Source: Octopus vulgaris
Taxonomy: Eukaryota
Direction: 5' to 3'
Assembly (NCBI GenBank): GCA_951406725.2
Contig: OX597823.1
Coordinates: 110,608,001-110,672,000 of the forward strand
Length of the DNA stretch: 64,000 bases
Positions within the stretch are counted from its first letter, which is position 1. Each line of letters begins with the position of its first letter. The position numbers and the translations under genes are program-made. The notes under the pieces were generated by a model, which worked only from the letters and a program-made list of their open reading frames with translations, did no database searches and had not been told where the DNA came from. This document shows, one piece after another, positions 40,154 to 53,615 of this stretch.

Positions 40154-40242
40154 ATGCAGTACGATCATTTCATGCAACTCCATTTAATTGAACAATGCAA
40201 ACATTACATCAATTTAAAATGTAGAGCAATCTTCAGCTGCAT
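40154..40242 (-). ncRNA. Type I hammerhead ribozyme with extended stem II
   Basis: AUGCAG-CUGAAGA-[UUGC..CAUUU.AAUUGA....UCAAUU AAAUG..GCAU]-GAAAU GAUC GUA-CUGCAU; stem I is 6 bp. Confidence 0.78.
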
Positions 40243-40590
40243 GAAATATATAAAATTTAGTTAAATTCGAAGGACTCATTTGTATAATTTTCATTTTATC
40301 CAAAACCACCAAGAGGATAAGTAGATAGACAAAGAGCATGCTTTATCAATAACATCACAGTTTTAACTTACAAAATGATGCAGAAAAACTAATAGCATGT
40401 AGAGAGAAATAAAGGTACTCTACACAATTCATTTACATACATATTTGTTTTTCTTTTAAATATCAAAAAGAAACTTTATATACAGTATATTTGTACATAT
40501 TCGTATGACCAATGCACCATTTGGCCAATTCTAGTCATAATTTGTTTTTGAAATAGATGATTTATGAGAAAATATACAGTGTATATATAT

Positions 40591-40760
40591 AGGCGCAGGA
40601 GTGGCTGTGTGGTAAGTAGCTTGCTAACCAACCACATGTTTCCGGGTTCAGTCCCACTGCATGGCATCTTGGGCAAGTGTCTTCTGCTATCGCCCCGGGA
40701 CGACCAATGCCTTGTGAGTGGATTTGGTAGACGGAAACTTAAAGAAGCCTGTCATATATA

Positions 40761-40795
<35 letters not shown>

Positions 40796-41010
40796 TTGTG
40801 TTTGTGTGTCTGTGTGTGTCCCCCTAGCATTGCTTGACAACTGATGCTGGTGTGTTTACATCCTTGTAACTTAGTGGTTCAGCAAAAGAGACCGATAGAA
40901 TAAGTACTGGGCTTACAAAGAATAAGTCCCGGGGTCAATTTGCTCGACTAAAGGCGGTGCTCCAGCATGGCCACAGTCAAATGACTGAAACAAGTAAAAG
41001 AGTAAAAGAG
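40591..41010 (+). mobile_element. SINE family A
   Basis: Full-length copy. Confidence 0.9.
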
Positions 41011-41354
41011 TGTTTGCATGAACTGGACTAATAGCATCTGCATGTTACCTTTTACAGTTTCTTGCAGTCTGGTTGCCATTTCATTGTAGTCATGTTCACC
41101 TGCTTGTAGAAGGAAGTTAAATGCTATTTCTAGCAGTCTGTCCACCAATTTGTTGAATGGGTTTGTTTCCTTCTCAGATATAATAGTATGAATAACAATG
41201 AATTCTTTGTATTTATCATTATCTTAATGTCCATAAAACTCATCTGAAGGAATTGTCTACTAAAATCTAGTATTTTCAGGAAGAATTATTTTGACATAAA
41301 ATGATAAAACGTTCCCACTCTTAGTTATCGAAGGTTTCAGATTACTGCAATATA

Positions 41355-42039
41355 GAGGGTTGGCCAAAAGTCACCCGACAGTAAATCAAAATTCCAGAAA
41401 TACTTAATAACACATGAACAAAATAAACAAAAACAAATTACATGAACGTGTATAAACAGGAGATACAAATATTACAGGCCCTCCCCCCCACACACACTTA
41501 CTAAACATAGACACACATAGGGGTATACGCATGTGCAAATAAAGACATACAATAGGGAATACAAAATACAAAATGGCTGACCGCTAGTAAGGAGTGACAC
41601 ACAAATAAGAAAGAAGAAAGCAAAGGATCACTGATGAGGTCACAGAAGTGTGATGAAAGAACTCTGGCCAAAATAAGATTAAGATTAATGTAAAGAATAA
41701 ATAAAGCTGAAGCAAATTAACATCAAATATATAGTGCGTGTGTTCTTATTGGCTAAACTGGCAACATGACCATTTCTAAATACAACAACATCTGTTTCAA
41801 CACATGATTTCACATCAAGAATCTTGCAAAACAAATATATAAACGTAACTTAATATTCAGTTTTATTTATTCATTCCAATAATGAATGTTTAATAATTGA
41901 ATGCTGTGAGTTAAAATCACCATTTTTTTCCCCTCAACATTTGTCTATATTTAATGAAGTCTCATATAAAATAATTTTTGATTTAATCTTGGATTTAAAT
42001 GGTTTTGATTTACTGTCAGGTGACTTTAGACCAACCCTG
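41355..42039. mobile_element. Tc1-like MITE enclosing an HHR-bearing segment
   Basis: TA-GAGGGTTGGCCAAAAGTCACCCGACAGTAAATCAAAA versus TTTTGATTTACTGTCAGGTGACTTTAGACCAACCCTG-TA. Confidence 0.8.
41625..41669 (+). ncRNA. Probable type I hammerhead ribozyme (minimal stem III)
   Basis: GG(A)UCA-CUGAUGA-G GUCACA GAAG UGUGAU-GAAAG AA CUC-UGGCC. Confidence 0.6.
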
Positions 42040-42222
42040 TAATGACATTCTCTATTAAGAATACAATGCATATTTAGACTTGCAGTAAAGTACCTTGATT
42101 GCAGAAACAGTAGAGTGAACTATTACACACTGTTATTAATTGCTTACAGCTAGATAGACTTGACTTCTAAGTATACTGGTCATGGACAAGCTATAGTGAA
42201 CTGTCCCACAAGATGGTATCTA

Positions 42223-42734
42223 CCGTAAATCCTTGAGTATAATCCGAATTTTTTTCCCAAAATTTAAAGGTCAAAATCCTTAGTGTGCACTATACACGAG
42301 GTTAAAAATGAAAATTACTTTCTAAGCAATGTCCGAGTCTCTATTTGCTGTCTGGTAATGTTTATTCAGACGCATTTTGTGATGTCGGGTGTGAAAATAC
42401 CTTAAACTAAGCCTGAAAGCAATGATGTCATAAAAGAACCATCTATAACTTGCAGTAAGCAACATTTATTAAACGTTATTACTGTTATTTCTTTATTTTC
42501 TGCAAACAAAATGCACAAAAAAGCTACACATTTGCATTATGTTATATATACAATAATAATAAAGGGCGTTACCGTATACATTTTTACAAACCAAGGACGT
42601 TATATAGACCTCCTTGACTCAAGTTAGAGAAGGGGTGTATATTATACACAAGGTTTAGGTTTTTCAAAGGTACAGCCCCCTAAAAGTCCCCTGCGTATTA
42701 TACTCAAGGGTGGACTATATGCGAGCATTTATGG
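42223..42734. mobile_element. pogo/Tigger-like MITE
   Basis: TA-CCGTAAATCCTTGAGTATAATCC...GGACTATATGCGAGCATTTATGG-TA termini with subterminal repeats. Confidence 0.75.
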
Positions 42735-43663
42735 TACTTTTAGTTTGATACATAGGACTACTGATAGTTAAATTTTATTGTTGTGGAAACGGCATAGTGA
42801 ACTATATTGCAATGTGGTGACCTACTCACAGCTAGATGGACTGAACTGTAGATGACTATTTAAACATTTTGAGTGAAATTTTAAATCTCAAGTGTCTAGC
42901 TTATCGACAGTTTTATGAACTTCATTATATGATTCACACAAATACGTTTGTTTCCTGTCTATTTATAGCCTTGCCCCTCTTTGTTCATCAAATATGATAG
43001 GGATAGTGTGAGTGTACTCCAGATATAATCCAGCAACACAATGTCAGGGATGACATAGGATCTCAGAATTCTTTGGTTGTGAGGATGCCACTATACCTGC
43101 ATAAGGTCAAGTTACACTCGTTTAAATACTTTGCAGTGTTTGTTTGGGCCCATTATGTTTTTCAAGCTCAGATCCCACGTAGGTTAATCCTGCTTTCCAT
43201 TCCCCCAGATTAGATAAAATAAAGCCAGTCATGAGGTCATTAATCTAATCACCTAATCTCCACTCTCTTCCAAAGTTTTGGTCTTATCCCTAAGCTAGAA
43301 ACAATTTTTCTTTAATGAAAATTATCTTTGAGTGAAGAAACCAATGATCAAGGATATTGTAAGCAAAACTGTGATAGAACATTGGGGAAATGAATGTTTA
43401 TGTGGTCAATCTTGTCTTAGCTATTTGATCAGTTATGCTCATTTAATTAATAAATTTGTCAGTCAATAAATATCTTTAAAAAAATTTTTATTCACAAGCA
43501 CATTTTCACCTACTTTCAAACATATGTATCTAAATCTACAATATTCAATACATCATTATGCTTTTAAGATGATATGGTATGATTTCAGGATGATTGGGCA
43601 GTGATTTCTCACAGAGTTAGCTGCCATGTAGAGGAATCTCTGTATTTTCCTTTGATTGAACTG

Positions 43664-44340
43664 AATGGCCGTGTGGCTCAGAACCTTGCTTTGCAATGCT
43701 GCAGTTTCAGGTTCAACCCATATGCACAGCAATTTGTGCAAGCATCTTTTTCTATATAGCCCTGGGTTGACCAATGCCTTGTGTGTGAATTTGGTAGATG
43801 GAAACTTGTGTGGAAGCCTGTCATATATATATATTATTTTATTGCCCATAAGGGGTTAAACACAGAGGGGACAAACAAAGACAGACAAAGGGATTAAGTC
43901 GATTACATCCACCCCAGTGTGAAACTGGTACTTTAATTATCGATCCTGAAAGGATGAAAGGCAAAGTCGACCTCAGTGGAATTTGAACTCAGAACGTAAC
44001 AGCAGACAAAATACTGCAAATTATTTCGCCCGGCATGCTAACGTTTCTGCCAGCTCACCGCCCTTCATATATGTATATATGTATGTCACAGGTTTCAACA
44101 CAGTTTCCATCTATATATGTGTGCTTGCATTCACATTTGTTACCCACACTACTTGACTGCTGGTATTTGTACATTTATGTCCCTGTGACTCAGTAGTCTG
44201 ACAAAGGAAAAAGATAGAATAAATACCAGACTTTAAAAATATGTAAGTATTTGTGCTGATTTGGTTGACTCAACCCTTCAAGGCAGTGCTCCAGCATGGC
44301 TATGGTCCAATGACTGAAACAACTTAAAGGTAAAAGAGAG
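43664..44340 (+). mobile_element. Degenerate SINE A with a nested family C SINE (43836-44064, minus strand)
   Basis: A-type head and tail, interrupted by a reverse-complement family C copy. Confidence 0.75.
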
Positions 44341-44927
44341 AAACAAAAATAATCCATTCCACACCCTTACAGTAATTTTTCCAAATCACATTCTTGCTTG
44401 TGAATAAAAATTTTTTTAAAGATATTTATTGACTGACAAATTTATTAATTAATTAAATGAGCATAACTGATCAAATAGCTAAGACAAGATTGACCACATA
44501 AACATTCATTTCCCCAATGTTCTAGCACAGTTTTGCTTCAGCAGGCTATTACTTATAAGCAGTTTCAGACTCGTGATTTTGGAAACAAGGCAATGATCAA
44601 AAAGATTATTGTTTTTTTATTTTATTGAAGCAAAAGCTCGATACATACTTTACACTTAATACTTTGCTAGAAACACAAAAAAAAAAGAAAAAAAGAAAAA
44701 CGAAAAAAAAAGAACTGAACAAAGTTTAAACTTCTTTTTGGTCAATAATACTCACCACATAAAATAATAAGTGAATAAATAAGAAATAGAGTTAATAACA
44801 ACAACAAAAAGAATAACAAGAACAACAACAACAACAACAACAGCATAAACAACTAAGCAACGAAAGTAAAAGATATCAAAATATAAATACTAAGAATATA
44901 ATGTTAGAAAAAAACATTCCCACTGGT

Positions 44928-44973
<46 letters not shown>

Positions 44974-44991
44974 TACATATATGCATATATG

Positions 44992-45022
<31 letters not shown>

Positions 45023-45182
45023 ATATTTATATATATGTACATGTGTGTGGATATAGATCTGTATATATATATGTGTGTATATATAAACACACACACAGAC
45101 ACATACATGCAGATACAAACAGACATATACATAACTACACATGCACAAACATACATACATAAATGATGATCAATAAATAATT

Positions 45183-45304
45183 TCATGGTTTTTCTTCATC
45201 GATTTGACAACATACACATCCAGACTTCTTCACCATTATCTTGTGGGGCGGATGGTGGCAAGTGCAGTGTGGCACAATGTGGGAGGGGTGGGAGCGGGTA
45301 TGGG
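45183..45304 (-). CDS. Candidate terminal coding exon of an unidentified gene
   Basis: A long polypyrimidine tract and ...tgcttctgctag acceptor precede a GC-richer unique segment. All three frames end in a stop 66-122 nt downstream. No homology recognised. Confidence 0.35.
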
Positions 45305-45503
45305 CTAGCAGAAGCAAAAAGAATATATGTAAAACAAAGTAAAATAATAAAAAAAAAGATAAAGAAAAACAGAGAGCCAGCCCACACTACCACCCTGAAA
45401 ATCTCCCCCTCTTCTCATCGGAAAAAAAAAAAAAAAAACTGGAAAAATAAATTAAATAAAAAGGCAAAAGTTTAAACATATCTTCAATGCTTCACCTCCT
45501 TAC

Positions 45504-45512
45504 TTCCATTTT
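45504..45512 (-). CDS. Candidate 9-nt microexon (AAAATGGAA)
   Basis: ttttaactgtattctccag|AAAATGGAA|gtaagg; 199 nt upstream of the candidate terminal exon. Confidence 0.35.
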
Positions 45513-45929
45513 CTGGAGAATACAGTTAAAATGGGTTACAATAAAAATATTTTTTATTTTCTTCTCTTTTATATTTAGTTTATTTATTTTTCTCTCTTCT
45601 TTTGTAGTAACGATTTAATCACTTGATTTTTATATTTATTCATGAAGTGAAAAATTTCAATAATCAATATTATTTACTACTGGCTGACATATCACGCTTT
45701 TCTTTTTACCCTTCTCTCTCTCACTATCACATTATTTCTCTCTTTATTATATACTCACTCTCTCTCCCTCACCCTCTCTTTCTCTCTCTTGACATATATA
45801 TATATATATATATATTTATCTATATATATATTTATCTATATGCTTCTCCCTCATTGCTGTTGTATCTTTCCATCCAATTCTATTTTATCTATCTTCATGT
45901 AATTCGTATATATAATTTTTCTTTAAACA

Positions 45930-46560
<631 letters not shown>

Positions 46561-46913
46561 AAATATGAAAAAGAGAGAATATATATGTAGCATACTAGAT
46601 AAATAAATAAAACGAAAACATCAAAACAAATAATCAAAAGAAAAAAAGAAGTAGTTATAGAGAAAATAAAAAGGCAATAGCAAAAACAACATGAGGAGGT
46701 AAAAACAAAACTGCAAAAATATGAAGTAAAATACTGTAATATTTGTTGATAACATTATGTGTTGATGTGAGAATGTCAGAAAAGTTATCTCTTTGATAAC
46801 ATCTTCTATTCTTAAATACAGCTACATGCCTCTTCTATGTACATACTATATAGTATATCTCTAAGTATATAAAAACATACATACACGCATACATACATAC
46901 ATACATACATACA

Positions 46914-46948
<35 letters not shown>

Positions 46949-47270
46949 GTATATAAATATATATATATATCATCATCATCATCATCATCATTACTTAACG
47001 TCCGCTTTCCATGCTAGCATGGGTTGGACGTTTCGACCGGGGGTCTGGGAAGCCAGGTGGCTGCACCAGGCTTCAATTGTGATCTGGCAGGATTTCTACA
47101 GCTGGATGCCCTTCCTAACGCCAACCACTCCATGAGTGTAGTGGGTGTACTTCTAATTAACAGATTGCTTGAAAAGTGACTCAAAGGCTGAGAGTTTCAT
47201 AAATGGAACTTAACAAACTGACTGTCAGTATAATATACGTCCAACAGGAAAATCTTGGTATTTGAATCTT

Positions 47271-48240
47271 TCATGCCAGCACCATATAATAAACACCTTT
47301 GATGGCATCACATATATATAGCACCTGTGCTTGTACCATGTACAAAGCATCCGTGTTGGTGCCGAGTAAGAACACCCATGGCAGTGCCAAGTAGAAAGCA
47401 CCTATGCTGGCATCACATAAAATGATTGGTGTTAAGAAGAGCATCCAGCTACAGGAGAGTGTAGTGGGTGCTTTTACGTTCCACCTGCATGAGGGCCAGT
47501 CAGGCGGTACTGGCAATGGCCATGCTCAAATGGTGCTTTTTATGTGCCACCTGCACAGGAGCCAGTCCAGTTGCACTGGCAACGACCTTGCTCGATTGAT
47601 TTTGTCACATGCCACCAGCACAAGTGCTAGTAAGGTGACACAGGTAACAATCATGCTCGAATGGTGTTTTTAATGTGCCATCAGCACAGAGGCCAGCTTG
47701 TCACTCTGGCAACGATATCACTCGTGTGGTACTCTTTGCACCCTGCTAGCATGGATGCCAGTCATCGAATTTGATTTTGATTTCACTTGCCTCAGCAGGT
47801 CTTTGCAAGCAGAGTTTAGTGTCCAATGAAGGAAAGGCATACATAAGTGGACTGGTTGCACCCCTGGCAAGGTCCACAAGGTTATGGTCTCACTTACTCA
47901 TGCCGAGTCTTCTCAAGCACAGCATATTTCCAGAGGCCCTGGTCACAAGTTATTCCACAAGTTCCCTCAACCACTAGGGTGTGGCACTTTTTCACACAGT
48001 TATCCACATCCATTCTCGCCACATGACCACACCAGCGCAGTCATCTCTCTTGCACACTACATCTGATGCTTCTTTGGTCCAACCTTTCTCTCAAGGCACT
48101 AACACTCTGTCGAGAATGAACACTGACATTACACATCTATCGGATCTTACTGGCTTCATTCCTTGTGAGCTTACGCATGTCCTCAGCAGACACAGCCCAT
48201 GTCTCACTGCCATGTAGCATCACTGTTCATACACATGCGA
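47271..48240 (-). mobile_element. RTEX-like LINE 3' region remnant
   Basis: Reverse complement of the 31870-32525 family, plus upstream coding remnants. Confidence 0.7.
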
Positions 48241-48242
48241 CA

Positions 48243-48532
48243 AGGGTTCCAGTTGATTTGATCAACTGAACAGTCTGCTCATGTAATTAATGTACAAGGG
48301 GTTGATCACTCCATGGACACGTGTATACTTAATGTAGTTCTCAGGGAGATTCAGTGTGATACGAAGTGTGACAAGGCTGGACCCTTAAAATACAGGTACT
48401 ACTTGTTTTTACCAGCTGAGTGGACTAGAGCAATGTGAAATAAAGTGTCAAGGATACGTGTCTCCGGGAATTGAACTCATGACCTTACAATCGTGAGCCA
48501 AATGCCCTAACCACTAAGCCATGCACTTTCAC
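48243..48532 (-). mobile_element. tRNA-headed SINE sharing its tail with family B type 1
   Basis: Tail 'gggttccagttgat.tgatcaac.gaacag' as at 3363. The head differs (gtgaaagtgcatggcttagtggttagg); a similar head occurs at ~2760-2870. Confidence 0.7.
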
Positions 48533-48913
48533 TATAAAGACCTTTATTACAACAGGGAATATTGATATAAGGTTAAAAATTATCTTTCAAGTTTCTAAAA
48601 CTAACCTTTCTCTCAAAGTAAACTTCAAACTTTCATTTTTTCTCAATCACAAATGTCTTTGTTTTCTGCTTTTTATCAAAGAGTTTCTGCATTCTTTCGT
48701 TGTCTTTTGATTTATTTCTTTACACTATCCATTTACTCATTTATTTGTTCTTCATTAGAATCCCAACAGGTCATTTGAGATATTTGCATAAGATAAGTTT
48801 ATATTAATTAAAAAAGGTATGACTTTAACGTGTGATTTTAATGGTGTGTGTTCTTTAGTCAATAAACTTTCTTGTCAGGTTGTTCTTCTCTTATCGTTAT
48901 CTCACTAACACTC

Positions 48914-48984
<71 letters not shown>

Positions 48985-49369
48985 TGCAAAAAGAGAAAAG
49001 GAAAAAGATGATTTTTCTTCAGTTGATTCCAGGGTATGAAATCAAACAAATGATAAGCACAAGAGAAATGGTGAGATATTTTGGATGTTTTAGCACTTTT
49101 AAAGGAATATTTCTCCAAAGCTATTTCAATGAAAATGTAAAGCAAATGAAGATTGAATAATTAAAGTAAAGATGAACAGCTTATACATAAAGTGATTGAT
49201 AAAAAGATAAAAAGATAGCATGCTGGTATATTATGTAAAATGATTTTTAATTCTCACCTGATCAAAGGTGACATAAATTGCAGGGACAACAAAATGAACG
49301 GAACTGGATACTTTTAAGTATTTGGTTTTGATATCATTACTACTGAGTTCAAATCTTATTGGTTGCTAT

Positions 49370-49645
49370 CTGAAAGAAGCCCATTGTATATATGCATATA
49401 TATATATATATATATATAGGTATGTGTGTGGGTGTATATATGTTTGTGTGTCTGTGTTTGTCCCCACAACATCGCTTGACAACCGATGCTGGTGTGTTTA
49501 CATCCCTGTAACTTAGCAGTTCATCAAAAGAGACTGATAAAATAAGTACTAAGCTTACAAATAATAAGTCCTGGGGTCAGCTTGCTCAACTCAAGGTGGT
49601 ACTCCAGCATGGCCACAATTAAATGACTGAAACAAGTAAAAGAGT
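49370..49645 (+). mobile_element. SINE family A, 5'-truncated
   Basis: 3' two-thirds of family A. Confidence 0.85.
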
Positions 49646-49794
49646 ATATATTGTGACTATATATAGATGAAGCAGCTTCTAGAATTCTTTGTCAAACTAT
49701 TCTTTCTTTTAATGTTCTTCACATTATTTTTAAAGTTGTTTTAATGATTTTAGTAAAATCTTTATTAACAATGTCTATATTTTTTATTTATTTT

Positions 49795-50171
49795 ATTTTT
49801 ATTTTATTTTTACTTGTGTCAGTCATTTGACTGCGGCCATGCTGGAGCACCGCCTTTAGTTGAGCAAATCGACCCCGGGACTTATTCTTTGTAAGCCCAG
49901 TACTTATTCTATCGGTCTCTTTTGCCGAACCGCTAAGTGACGGCAACGTAAACACACCGGCATCGGTTGTCGAGCGATGTTGGGGGGACAAACACAGACA
50001 CACAAACACATATATATAAATATACATATATACGACGGGCTTCTTTCAGTTTCCGTCTACCAGATCCACTCACAAGGCTTTGGTTGGCCCGAGGCTATAG
50101 TAGAAGACACTTGCCCAAGATGCCACGCAGTGGGACTGAACCCAGAACCATGTGGTTGGTAAACAAGCTAC
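49795..50171 (-). mobile_element. SINE family A
   Basis: Reverse-complement copy. Confidence 0.9.
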
Positions 50172-51184
50172 AATGAAATTGAATCATCACTCATTTTGCA
50201 TGAATTTGAGGGAGACAATAATGTACAGCAAAGTGTTATACCCTGCCACCATGGGGAAAGATAAAGGCAAATGTTTTCTTCAATAAATCCAGCTAGCTTC
50301 TACAATAACTACATTTGTCTTCTAAATCAACGACAACTGACTTGTACAGAAGCTGAATTTGTCTTCCACAATAGAGTTGCCAACTTCAGCACCAAATGTA
50401 GCTGGACTCTGTGAAAGCAGTAGTTTGTTTCTACAACATGTGAAGCTTTTTTTTATAAGTGTTGCTGGTTGGTACAGTAACTTCAAGTACAATATTCTAC
50501 AACATATCACTTTGACAAGGTCAACTTTGCCTTCCATCATACAGAAATCAACCAAATGGATTCTACACAAAGTACATCAAATAAAATCATCGGAAGCAAT
50601 GTGTTAGCATGGCTGCAGTACAGTGACTTATATTATTGATTGATTCTAGTTTCAGCTCATGAGCTGTGGCCATGCTGGGGCACCGCCATTTGTGTATAAG
50701 TGTTGTGATATCAGCAAATATAACACTCTTAAGATAGCGAAAAGAATTTACTTAAATATTGAAGTTTAAGTGCAGAGAATTTTTCTTGCCATTTCAAAAT
50801 TTAAGCAAATTATTTGACACATGTTAGGACAGGTATTATGCCCATTGATACCATCACAGGTCCCAATTTAATTACATAACATAAAAGTTATTTATGCATG
50901 TTATGCAGTCTCTGATGATTTGACAATATAATCAATTTATAAGGTATTTACTTATATAATAAATATTATTGTTAATGAACATATGCACAATATACTGAAT
51001 GAATGTAAATCTTTATCTCTACATTTGCTTATGCAGAAGTCTGTGTTCAAAAATAAACAGAAAAAAACTTGTAGTAACAGATTTGCTCTTCACATAATAA
51101 TCAAAATATAACAGATCACATGAAATTCTAAGCTATATTTATTTGCAATGGTCAAAATCTAGCCCATACAAATATTATATATCG

Positions 51185-52675
51185 TCAGCTCCAGCTCGTA
51201 TCCTAGCAATGGGTTCACCAGTGTGCTGAATGTGACTTTGGAGTCCAAGTTAGTGGTGAAAGAGTCATGGGCAGAAATTGAAAAGGATGGTTGGTGCCGG
51301 TGGAGGATGTTGAAGACGCTCCTTTCTTCTCCTGCGTTTACCTCCTCATTCTGTTGTCTAATCTTGTTGAAAAAGCTGGTTCCATTGTGGATAGCTGTCC
51401 TCCAGGCTATCCTATGCATGGAAATCTGTTTCCTTGAGTATGACTGGATATTACTTTGAGCCAGGGTCCGTTTGAGTTGGTCTTTAAAACGGAATTTCGA
51501 ACCTCATCTGGGTCTTGTTCCGATTACAACTTCGTAGAGCTTGATCCTCAGGAGACAAGAGGACTCCATACACTGGACGTAACTTGCCCAGTGGAGAAGA
51601 TGGCGAAGAATGGTGGCTTCGACGCTTGGTAGTGAGGTGCGACGAAGAACCTCGTTGTTGGTAATGTTATCTTCCCATCGAATATTGAGGATCTGTCGTA
51701 GCTTGAAGTATTCAAGGTGCTTGATATCACGGTGGTACAGCGTCCAAGTCTCACAAGCATAGAAAAGAGTTGAGAGGACAATGCCACGGAAGACTATGAT
51801 CTTTGTCCGGATGGTCAGTGCGTGATTGAAGAATACACGTTTGCTGAGTCTACTGAAGGCGTTGTGGGCCGCCCTGATCCGCTTCACCTCATCCTTTTCC
51901 CGCACGGGGGTCTTCAAAAGGATACACCCAAGGTATGAGAAGTGTTCAACTTCTAGAGGTTGGTCAAATTAGCTAATGATCGTGGGTGGACGGTTCTGAC
52001 CTGGTGCAGGTTAGATCAGGATCTTGGTCTTTAATTTGTTTACCTGCATCCTGAAGCGCTCGGAAGCTACGCTGTAGAAATCAACCGTCCTTTGTAGGCC
52101 ATTTACAGTCCGGCTCGGGGTGGCAATGTCATCGGCATACTGAATATCACAGAGGTCCACGTCTTTGCGCAGAGACGTGTGAGATTGAAGAATCCACCAT
52201 CTAAGCGACTGCATGTTGATGGAAGGCGAGTCTAATGGGATTTCATTGAACACGGCGGCCATGTACAAAGAGAAACATGTTGGTCCCAGGAAGCATCCTT
52301 GCTTAAGGCCTCCAGTGATGGGAAATGGGTCAGTAAGGGCATCTTAATGGCATACCTTACCCACCATGCCGTCCTGGAGGGAGTGGACCAGGGCAATGAA
52401 GTCATCTGTACATCCAAATCAAGCAAAGACAGCCCACATTGCAGGACGGGGGACCTTGCCAAAGGCTGTCTTTAGATCCCAAAAGATGAACATTGCAGGC
52501 TCTTGTTATTCTTGACACTTCTTCTGGAGTTGGTGGGCACAAAAGATCAAGTTAATTGGTGCCTCGAGAAGGTTGAAAGCCACACTGAGATTCAGGGAGG
52601 ACGTCTCCCACTAGGATGAGGAAGCGATTGAATAAGATACGGGTGAAGGCCTTACATGCAGTACTCAGGAAAATA
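51185..52675 (-). mobile_element. RTE (BovB-like) LINE remnant: RT to 3' end
   Basis: 'CDIQYADDIA...MQVNKLKTKIL', 'RIRAAHNAFSRLSKRVF...TKIIVFRGIVLSTLFYACETWTLY...ILNIRWEDNITNNEVLRR'; frameshifted. Confidence 0.9.
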
Positions 52676-53012
52676 TTACCCTGCTTTAAAATACATAATG
52701 TTTTGACAACAGAAAGGGTACCCACCCCTGAAAACCTACTTCAATAGACTCTGTCCTACCCACGCAAGCATGAAAATGTGGACGTTAAAACAATGATGAT
52801 GATGATGACGATGATGCTAATAATATGCACATTCAAGACGTGACTAGGTGCATCTTTAATATTTTTTATGAAAGATTTACACATAACCTTATTGCTCTTT
52901 CATATTTATTTTGGAACAATAGTGTTTCTAAATGAAATAGTCCTTTATGTTTCAAGCTGTCTTTCTCTCTATCATATCAGAATGAAAGAATGGTAATAAT
53001 GGTATCCTGCTA

Positions 53013-53615
53013 AGGCGGCGAGCTGGCAGAAGCGTTAGCATGCCGGGTGAAATGCTTTGCAGTATTTCGTCTGCCGCTACATTCTGAGTTCAAATTCCGT
53101 CGAGGTCAACTTTGCCTTTCATCCTTTAGGGATCGATTAAATAAGTACCAGTTACGTACTGGGGTCGATATAATCGACTTAATACCTTTGTCTGTCCTTG
53201 TTTTTCCTCTCTGTGTTTAGCCCCTTGTGGGTAGTAAAGAAATAGGTATTTCGTCTGCCGCTACATTCTGAGTTCAAATTCAGCTGAGGTTGACTTTGCC
53301 TTTCACCCTTTCGGGGTCGATTAAATAAGTACCAGTTACGCACTGGGGATCGATGTAATCGACTTAATCCCTTTGTCTGTCCTTGTTTGTCCCCTCTCTG
53401 TGTAGCCCCTTGTGGGCAGTAAAGAAATAAGAAACGTTACTATGGCAGGCGAAATGCTTAGTGGTCTTTCATCAGTTTTTTATGTTCTGAGTTCAAATTC
53501 CGCCATGTCATCCTTTCGGGGTCGACAAATTAAGTACCAGTTGCGTACTGGAGTCGATCTAATCGACTGGCCCCCCTCCCCAAAATTTCGGGCCTTGTAA
53601 CCTAGAGTAGAAAAG
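53013..53615 (+). mobile_element. SINE family C with a tandemly triplicated body
   Basis: 'ttctgagttcaaattc...cctttcggggtcga..aaataagtaccagtt.cg.actgg' repeated three times after a single GGCGGCGAGCTGGCAGAA head. Confidence 0.85.
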
